Source: Candidatus Omnitrophota bacterium (GTDB taxonomy: Bacteria > Omnitrophota > Gorgyraeia > 2-01-FULL-45-10). From it: a DNA stretch of 32,000 nt. The notes under the pieces are model-generated. The model was given only the letters and a program-made list of their open reading frames with translations, was not told the origin of the DNA and did not search any database. The translations under genes were made by a program, and so were the position numbers. The DNA is taken from NCBI GenBank assembly GCA_023818895.1, contig JAMWCX010000002.1, forward strand, positions 330,001 to 362,000, in the 5' to 3' direction. Within the stretch, counting starts at the first letter, position 1; every line of letters starts with the position of its first letter. Of this stretch, positions 25,640 to 32,000 are shown one piece after another.

Positions 25640-27961
25640 TCAACCGCACTTTGAATAACCGCAGGAGTTACAAACCATACACCCTTCCACATGCCAGAGA
25701 GCGCTGCCACAATCCGGACATACACCTACTATATTGCCGGTCTTCACGGCTGCTGCTGGTTTAGGAGACGTGCCGACTGAGCCTGTCTGCTGTTCTATGA
25801 CAGTCTTTGTCTGTTCCAGGATTTCCGAAACCATCTCTTTTGACTTAGAAGAACCCTGAAGCCTGCGCTCAAGGACACGCGCTATAGCATCTGAGCATGA
25901 GAATATCCTTCCCCCTTTCTCCCAGCTCGGAGACGGGCACCGGATACCGCGAATCTGCTCAATTATAGAAGTGGCTTCTATCCCGCTGCGGAGCGCTAGT
26001 GACACGAGCCTGCCTATAGCCTCAAGTTGACTCATGGCACAGCCGCCTGCCTTACCCATAGACATAAAGACCTCGAAAGGCAGACCCTTTTCATCCACAT
26101 TTATAGTAACATATAGATTACCGCAACCCGTCGCTATTTTGGTCGTGGTCCCAACCGTGACGTTAGGCCTCGGTCTCGGTATCACTTTTACAGGAGCGCC
26201 CTGCTTTTGGGGCTCTTTCGAGGAAGGTGCGGCCGTTGTCGGTTTCGACAGAACCTGTTCTTGTCTTGAATTATCCCTGTAGATAGTAACTCCTTTACAT
26301 CCACTTTCGTAAGCCAGCATGTAGATGGTGCGAACGTCTTCGACTGTGGCTTCCTGAGGGAGGTTGACGGTCTTTGAGACTGCGTTATGGGTATATTTTT
26401 GGAAGGCTGACTGCATCCTTATATGCCAGATGGCTTCTATGTCATGAGCGGTGACAAAAAGCTTCCGTACGTCTTCCGGCACCTCCGTAATTCCTTGTAT
26501 ACTACCCTTCTGCGCTATCAGATTCATTAGCTCCGCCGAATAAAAACCACGCCTTTCAGCGACTTCCTTGAAATAGGGGTGTACCTCTACCATCTTCACG
26601 TTATCCATTATGTTCCTTATATACGATATCGCGAAGATCGGCTCTATACCACTTGAACAGTTAGCGATAATTGAGAGGGTGCCCGTAGGCGCTATAGTGG
26701 TAAGAGTGGCGTTACGAAGCGGCCGCGCGCCAGGGACATTGTAAATGCTATCTTTAAAATTTGGAAACTCTCCTCGCTCCTCGGCAAGCTTTTCGGAGGC
26801 GACGCGGGCACGTTCCAGAATGAACTTCATCACCTTCTCGGCAAGCTGAATGGCATCTTCCGAATTGTAATTAACTCCGAGCATGAAGAGCATATCAGCA
26901 AATCCCATGACGCCCAGCCCTATCTTGCGGTTCGATTTAGTCATAAGCTCGATCCTCTTTAGAGGATAGACATTCATATCTATAACATTGTCTAGAAAAT
27001 GCACCGCCTTCTCAACGATGTCACCGAGCCTGTTCCAATCAATCGCTCCAGAGTTTACCATCCTGGCCAGATTTATGGAACCCAGATTACAGCTCTCATA
27101 CGGCAATAACGGCTGCTCACCGCAGGGGTTAGTGGATTCTATGTCCCCGCATTTTGGAGTGGGATTATCTCGATTTATCCTGTCAATAAATATGATTCCG
27201 GGTTCGCCGTTTTTCCACGCCATCTTTATGATAAGATCCCACACATCTTTGGCCTTCAATCTTGCCACCGACTTCTTGCTACGCGGGTCTATAAGGTCGT
27301 ACTCCTCGTTCTTGACGGCCTTGGTTATGAAGTCTTCGGTTACCGCTACCGATATATTGAAGTTCGTTATCTCCTTATCGTTTTCCTTGCAGGTTATGAA
27401 CTCTATGATATCCGGATGATCGACCCGTAAGATCCCCATGTTCGCGCCACGACGGGTTCCGCCCTGCTTAACAGCCTGTGTGGCCGCGTTGAAGACCTTC
27501 ATGAAAGATACCGGACCGCTGGATATTCCTCCTGTCGAGCGGACCGGCATGTTCTTGGCGCGCAGGCGGGAGAAGCTGAAGCCTGTGCCACCGCCTGATT
27601 TATGTATTAAAGCGGTGTCTTTTATCGTTTCGAATATAGACTCCATAGAGTCATCTATTGAAAGGACAAAACAGGCGGAGAGCTGCTGCAGCTCCCTGCC
27701 GGCGTTCATAAGAGTAGGTGAATTCGGCAGGAAATCGAGACCGGTCATCATCTCGAAAAACTCCTGCTCTGTCTTCGCGACCTCTTCGGCGGTCTTTCCG
27801 TAATAGGAGTCGGCCGTGGCGATGTTTTTCGCCACTCTCCGAAACATATCTTCCGGCGTCTCTACCGGTATGCCGTTATCATCCTTCTTCAGATACCTTT
27901 TTTCCAGAACTTTTTTGGCGTTTTCGGACAATACCGAATTAACACCGGTGATATTTCCCAT
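25640..27961 (-). CDS. nrdJ: Adenosylcobalamin-dependent (class II) ribonucleotide reductase
   Basis: Motifs LEKRYL, NSPTLMNAG, STNPCGEQPL, TIAPTG and the active-site region. C-terminal Cys-rich zinc-ribbon tail CPDCGSALWHVEGCMVCNSCGYSKCG. Confidence 0.92.
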   Translation of the reverse strand: MGNITGVNSVLSENAKKVLEKRYLKKDDNGIPVETPEDMFRRVAKNIATADSYYGKTAEEVAKTEQEFFEMMTGLDFLPNSPTLMNAGRELQQLSACFVLSIDDSMESIFETIKDTALIHKSGGGTGFSFSRLRAKNMPVRSTGGISSGPVSFMKVFNAATQAVKQGGTRRGANMGILRVDHPDIIEFITCKENDKEITNFNISVAVTEDFITKAVKNEEYDLIDPRSKKSVARLKAKDVWDLIIKMAWKNGEPGIIFIDRINRDNPTPKCGDIESTNPCGEQPLLPYESCNLGSINLARMVNSGAIDWNRLGDIVEKAVHFLDNVIDMNVYPLKRIELMTKSNRKIGLGVMGFADMLFMLGVNYNSEDAIQLAEKVMKFILERARVASEKLAEERGEFPNFKDSIYNVPGARPLRNATLTTIAPTGTLSIIANCSSGIEPIFAISYIRNIMDNVKMVEVHPYFKEVAERRGFYSAELMNLIAQKGSIQGITEVPEDVRKLFVTAHDIEAIWHIRMQSAFQKYTHNAVSKTVNLPQEATVEDVRTIYMLAYESGCKGVTIYRDNSRQEQVLSKPTTAAPSSKEPQKQGAPVKVIPRPRPNVTVGTTTKIATGCGNLYVTINVDEKGLPFEVFMSMGKAGGCAMSQLEAIGRLVSLALRSGIEATSIIEQIRGIRCPSPSWEKGGRIFSCSDAIARVLERRLQGSSKSKEMVSEILEQTKTVIEQQTGSVGTSPKPAAAVKTGNIVGVCPDCGSALWHVEGCMVCNSCGYSKCG

Positions 27962-28052
27962 CTCCTTCCTATCCTCCTCAATTTTGACACAAAAAATTTT
28001 AGATGAATACGTTTATGCTAAATAAAACCTAAGTATCAGCAAAAGCTTTAAA

Positions 28053-28081
28053 AATATATCACATGAACTTTGAGATGTCAA
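28053..28081 (-). promoter_or_regulatory. Sigma70-like promoter of nrdJ
   Basis: Minus strand: TTGACA (28081-28076), 17-nt spacer, TATATT (28058-28053), about 90 nt upstream of the nrdJ ATG. Confidence 0.45.
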
Positions 28082-28087
28082 GGATAA

Positions 28088-28103
28088 ACACTATATATTG
28101 TGT
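28088..28103. promoter_or_regulatory. NrdR box (repressor operator) upstream of nrdJ
   Basis: The 16-bp palindrome ACACTATATATTGTGT matches the known NrdR-box consensus acaCwAtATaTwGtgt. It ends 6 nt upstream of the -35 element. Confidence 0.6.
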
Positions 28104-28149
28104 ATATTGTTAGTGCGGTATACTATTAGTTGAGGTTTTCTCGTCGGAA

Positions 28150-28183
28150 GGATAAAAGCGGCGCGCCAGAAAAACGCGCCGCT
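28150..28183 (-). terminator. Intrinsic terminator after the small membrane protein gene
   Basis: Minus strand: AGCGGCGCG-tttttctgg-CGCGCCGCT followed by TTTATCC. GC-rich 9-bp stem with a short T-tract. Confidence 0.6.
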
Positions 28184-28195
28184 GGATGAAATTTT

Positions 28196-28426
28196 TTACT
28201 TTTTCTCTTCTTTTTTCGCTGCCGCCATTTCGTCTTTTATTTCGCTAATGCCGGCAATCACCGCGATCACGCCGCCAAAAATAAGCATAGCGGGGATAGA
28301 TCCTTTTAGCAGAGTGATAAATGAGCCCCACCAATTTATGATACCCAAAACTCCCAGAAGAACGACAACCGCTCCTATTACAACGCTCATATATTTTCCC
28401 ATAATGTACCCCTTTTTTATTTTCAC
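28196..28426 (-). CDS. Small two-TM membrane protein with a lysine/glutamate-rich tail
   Basis: Two hydrophobic helices (VVIGAVVVLLGVLGII; IPAMLIFGGVIAVIAGI) and the tail AAAKKEEKK. The track start is a GTG at 28426. The ATG at 28402, preceded by AAGGGG, is the more likely start (68 aa). Confidence 0.55.
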   Translation of the reverse strand: MKIKKGYIMGKYMSVVIGAVVVLLGVLGIINWWGSFITLLKGSIPAMLIFGGVIAVIAGISEIKDEMAAAKKEEKK

Positions 28427-28484
28427 GACAGAGATAATATAATATAAAATTTTTCAGGAGTCAACCAAATTTTTGCCAAAATCT

Positions 28485-30014
28485 TTAAGGCTGGCTCCGG
28501 AGATATTTTTCACCTGGCTTGTGGCGCTTCTTCTCGGTTACGTGAAAATGCATGTACCTGCCGAGCATGAGGCGTGTCTGAGCGTCTATGGCGGGAGTCG
28601 ATCCAAGGAAGGCCACAACGATCGGAGCCAGGAGCCACTGCGTATACATGACAAGCCTTTTCTGCGGCTTTACGTCAGCGGGCCGGGCGGGAAGCAGCTT
28701 GATGCTTATAAACATACATATGAACATCGTAAAAAAAGACATATTGAATAACGCGGCAGATACGCTGGGCAGGTTATATCCTATAGCGGTCTGTCTGAAA
28801 ATCCATCCACCGAATATAAGAGGAAGAGGCGCTATGAAAGTTATTATAACCGCCCAGACCGCCCACGTATAATGATTCTCCAGTATATTTAGCAAACGCC
28901 TTATCTTTGTTATAAGGGGTATCTTCTTATTATGCATAAAGCTGACCGCGACATACGGAAAATTTTCCACTCCCCATGCCCAGCGTCTCTTTTGCTTATA
29001 TTGTTTGATAATGGTGGGCAGGATCTTCTTTTCAGTCGCCACATCCATTGAAACTGTCACATATATTGGTATGACCGAGTAATGTCCGTTAAAATGGATG
29101 AAACACTTCCAGTAGATAGCGGAATCGTCAGATATCATGTTTACCGGCCAGTAACCGACCTCGACCAGCGTCTTGAAGCTCATGCTGTGGCTCGAAAAAG
29201 TCACGAATTTCTCCTGCCGCATAGTCTCTATCATCTGCATGAAGCTCGAGCCCAACTCAAGAATCCTGCCTACAGTGCGGGCGTGCCATATGTTATTATT
29301 ATAAACCGGGATGGGTTGGTAGCTTGAACGAGTGCGGTCATGGTTTGTCATATAGTGGTAAGTGAGGCATCCAAAATATTCTTTATCCGCGCACGTATCG
29401 GCATCGAAGCAGGATATTATGACGTGTTCGTAATCTATCTTACTACGGTCCAGAAAGTCCTTGAGGGCCTTCGCGCCCCATGTGGCGTTTGCCCCCTTTA
29501 CCTTGACCTCGCCTGGTAGGCCGTCGGGATGCCGCGTTATTATGAACTGCCAAAAGCTCTTTTCGTACTGTCTCTTAAGACGCTCGGCGTTCTTCCAGGC
29601 CTCATCTCCCGCCCTCTCCTCTACACTCAGGATCACGATCATTCTGTCCTTGGGATAATTCGTGTTCTCAAGAGCTTCAATAGATGGGACAAGCACATCA
29701 GCGCCTTCCTTATATGCCGGGAACAGGACTGCGTGGTATATGTCCTTGAACTCCAAACCATCGGTCTTGGGAAGAGAGCGGCATAATGCAAGCCAGTCCT
29801 TAGTCCGCTCTTTCGAAAGACGCTGGTAGGCAAAAACGAGTAGGATGCTCAAGTATGTCATCCTTATAACCCAGTAGAGATCAAAAGTTATAACGAATAT
29901 TGCAACCCAGAGCGGCTTTATAAATGCCAGAATGAACAGCCCTCCCAGCGTTGTCCATGTCAGAAGGCCGGGGATGATCTCGAAAAGCCGTCTGTAAAAT
30001 CTATCTTTTTTCAT
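28485..30014 (-). CDS. Integral-membrane processive family-2 glycosyltransferase (cellulose/chitin-synthase-like fold)
   Basis: Two N-terminal and about four C-terminal TM helices flank a GT2 core: DxD-type SCFDADT, MISDDS, and the processive-GT2 signature QKRRWAWG (Q-x-x-R-W). Start overlaps the upstream gene by 14 nt. Confidence 0.82.
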   Translation of the reverse strand: MKKDRFYRRLFEIIPGLLTWTTLGGLFILAFIKPLWVAIFVITFDLYWVIRMTYLSILLVFAYQRLSKERTKDWLALCRSLPKTDGLEFKDIYHAVLFPAYKEGADVLVPSIEALENTNYPKDRMIVILSVEERAGDEAWKNAERLKRQYEKSFWQFIITRHPDGLPGEVKVKGANATWGAKALKDFLDRSKIDYEHVIISCFDADTCADKEYFGCLTYHYMTNHDRTRSSYQPIPVYNNNIWHARTVGRILELGSSFMQMIETMRQEKFVTFSSHSMSFKTLVEVGYWPVNMISDDSAIYWKCFIHFNGHYSVIPIYVTVSMDVATEKKILPTIIKQYKQKRRWAWGVENFPYVAVSFMHNKKIPLITKIRRLLNILENHYTWAVWAVIITFIAPLPLIFGGWIFRQTAIGYNLPSVSAALFNMSFFTMFICMFISIKLLPARPADVKPQKRLVMYTQWLLAPIVVAFLGSTPAIDAQTRLMLGRYMHFHVTEKKRHKPGEKYLRSQP

Positions 30015-30987
30015 ACGCCGTATCCGGCTCCTTCTTTAGAAGCCTCTGCAGAATACTATCGAATGTCTTCTGGGCAAGGTCGAGCCTGTAAAGATAATTA
30101 GGTTGGCTGGAATCAGCGCCTATCTTGGTATCGATAAAATAAAGGGAATTATTGCTGTGGTCATAATAGACGTTTCCGGGCTTTGAGTTAAACTTATAAA
30201 GCGTAACCTTGTTATTCATCACGCTGGTTCCTATCTCCACCACTTCTATCTCCTTCTCGGTTATAACAATTATGTAGTTGGAACCAGGATACCAGAACGC
30301 GTTGATTATAGGATCGGATGTCGTAAGAACCTCCTCGATCTTCACCTTCCCTTCTGGGCGGCTGAAGGTCTTCTCGGGGTAAAGATATATGATACAGACC
30401 GTTGAGGAGGTATAATAAAGTATTCTCCTACCGTCAGAAGAAAATTTCCTGCCTATGATTCCTGAAGGCCAATTCGAATATGATGAAAGCCGCTTTAAAC
30501 TGGTCCCGTCCATATTTGACCTAAATAAGCCTGATCTTTTCATATAGTATATATAACCGTTGTCGGAGACGAAGAAATCCGATATCCCATTTTCGTTTAT
30601 CACTCTCATCTCCTGCTTTATCGGGAATAGCACAATTCGATCGGCCCTCGTCACCATGTTGGGCCGTATGACAATTTCTTTCTCCCAAGGATAAAAGCCG
30701 TCTCGCCTAACCTCCACCTTGTATATACCGGGTTTAAGCTCCTCTATCTGGGCGGGAGTCACGTCAGGAAGCCTTCTTCCACTCAAATATATAGTGGCGC
30801 CGGCAGGAACACTCTCCACATATAATATACCCGTTTTATATAACCGCAGGTTCCGGTAGTCTATCTGGTAGCCAAGGGCATAGGAAAGTATTATGGGAAG
30901 CAGTATAAAGAATAATGCAACGCATAGATAAAAAGCTATGGCCCTCATTATCCTGTCGATTTTTCTCATTTCATCACCGCCCGCCAT
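30001..30987 (-). CDS. Membrane-anchored PEGA-domain protein with a beta-propeller-like C-terminal region
   Basis: TM anchor IAFYLCVALFFILLPIILSYAL. PEGA-type block VPAGATIYLSGRRLPDVTPAQIEELKPGIYKVEVRRDGFYPWEKEIVI. TolB/WD40-like strands (SDNGYIYYM, FSSDGRRILYY). The alternative ATG at 30969 has a better RBS. Confidence 0.7.
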   Translation of the reverse strand: MAGGDEMRKIDRIMRAIAFYLCVALFFILLPIILSYALGYQIDYRNLRLYKTGILYVESVPAGATIYLSGRRLPDVTPAQIEELKPGIYKVEVRRDGFYPWEKEIVIRPNMVTRADRIVLFPIKQEMRVINENGISDFFVSDNGYIYYMKRSGLFRSNMDGTSLKRLSSYSNWPSGIIGRKFSSDGRRILYYTSSTVCIIYLYPEKTFSRPEGKVKIEEVLTTSDPIINAFWYPGSNYIIVITEKEIEVVEIGTSVMNNKVTLYKFNSKPGNVYYDHSNNSLYFIDTKIGADSSQPNYLYRLDLAQKTFDSILQRLLKKEPDTAYEKR

Positions 30988-32000
30988 AAATGGATTCCGG
31001 CCGCCTGGCCGTCATTATACCGTAGAAAAGCTCCATATTCGAAACGTGTTTAACCTGCCTTACCTCTTTTATGGTGGAACAGATGGGCAATACCGTAAGC
31101 CGCAGAAGCCCTGAAAGCACAAATAGCGATAATAGTTTCTGGCCGAATATAGGCGGAAGATACCGCGCTATAAAACCGCCTGTGGCGGCGCCAGCGAACA
31201 TAGCTATACTGTTAATTGTATTGTAGTAAGCAATGCATCTGGTCCTCTTCTCAGGGGTCACCGCGTCATAGATGAAGTTAGACGAGCTCATATTAAACCC
31301 CGCCCAAAAAAACCGCCGAATATCTGTATCGCGATGAGATAAACTATATTATGGGAAAATACCCAGAGGACTGGTATAACAGGCAAAAAGTAGGAACTGA
31401 GGCGCAGGACGCGTCGATTTCCAACGTGGTCGGCATGGGCACCCCATACTCTCATCATCGCAAATATCGTCAGAGTTGAGGTCATCGTTACGATAGTGTA
31501 GGTCAGATAGTCGAATCTGAGGTCGCGCAGCATATATACCGCGAAGAATGGTCCTGACATAAAAACCGCAAAGTTGATCAGCGCGACGAATATGACAAAT
31601 CGCCCAAAATTAGAACGGGGTATTCTTCTCAGAAAATCGCGCATCGTAAAACGGTGTTCGTCTTTTATCACAAGACTAGGCTCGTACATCCTCGAAAGAA
31701 AATAACAGCAACCAAATCTTGCGGCACATGCTACGGAAAATATCAGAGTAAAACCCGCAATAGCCTTGGCTGAAAATCTTTTTGATATATGCAGCACCGC
31801 CCCTGCTATAATCATAGTGGCAATATTTGTGATACCGAGGACACGGTTACACCATCCGAAATACTTTCCGCGATCTCTCTCCGGTATGTAGTCCGACATG
31901 AGACTTGACCATGGCGGAAACGAGATGAGGCCCACAGCTATAAGAAAAGTATACAGGACTATAAGAGAAGGAACTCTCATCTGTTCCGCGATTAGATACG
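30974..32000 (-). pseudogene. MFS-type transporter split by a frameshift at an A7/T7 homopolymer; 5' end beyond window
   Basis: ORFs 31288..31980 and 30974..31291 are consecutive parts of one multi-TM protein. Adding one T to the T7 run (plus-strand A7 at 31306-31312) changes ..IFGGFFGRGLI* into ..IFGGFFWAGFNMSSSNFIYDAVTPEKR.., joining them seamlessly. The upstream frame stays open to position 32000. Confidence 0.7.

Noticed and set aside
25510-25725. Minus-strand 71-aa ORF spanning the nrdJ 3' end and the downstream promoter region
   Set aside because: It overlaps both the nrdJ C-terminus (in another frame) and the start of the next gene, with no RBS and an implausible sequence.
28061-28078. 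Second NrdR box (acatgaactttgagatgt)
   Set aside because: Only the outer ACAT/ATGT arms are palindromic. It is 18 nt rather than 16, lacks the central ATAT core, and its spacing to the good box (about 26 bp centre to centre) is atypical.
27962-28150. Cobalamin riboswitch upstream of the B12-dependent nrdJ
   Set aside because: The predicted 5' UTR is only about 90 nt, and I find no B12-box-like core. Regulation appears to be through the NrdR box instead.

Overview
Gene-dense bacterial chromosomal window. All but one of about 25 genes are on the minus strand, often with short overlaps or abutting stop/start codons. I saw no rRNA, tRNA, CRISPR array, transposase or integrase. The right two thirds (14.6-28 kb) is mostly housekeeping (accA, folE, mnmE, folC, purH, gpmA, hemW, nrdJ), mixed with envelope genes. 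The far right (28.2-32 kb) is a glycan-synthesis-like membrane module: a small membrane protein, a processive GT2, a PEGA/beta-propeller protein and a frameshifted MFS transporter. The left 14.7 kb is the unusual part, in three pieces. (1) A 1,992-codon minus-strand ORF (1..5976) is absent from the supplied ORF track because it runs off the left edge. It encodes a secreted protein whose (alpha/alpha)6 glycoside-hydrolase-like motifs appear in permuted order, followed by about 18 tandem 64-66-aa repeats that I cannot assign to a known family. (2) Its roughly 270-nt leader has a sigma70-like promoter, blocks resembling a c-di-GMP-I (GEMM-I) riboswitch, and an intrinsic terminator whose 5' arm overlaps the putative aptamer. 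(3) Immediately upstream is a co-directional cluster with no sigma factor: RsbW-like kinase, phosphorylatable STAS protein, MlaE/MlaF/MlaD, FecR-domain protein, outer-membrane beta-barrel, CHASE2-PP2C phosphatase and GAF-HD-GYP phosphodiesterase. I read this as a possible envelope-sensing, partner-switching and c-di-GMP circuit that controls the giant surface protein. That reading is inference from motifs and gene order only. All family assignments come from motif recognition by eye, with no searches run.
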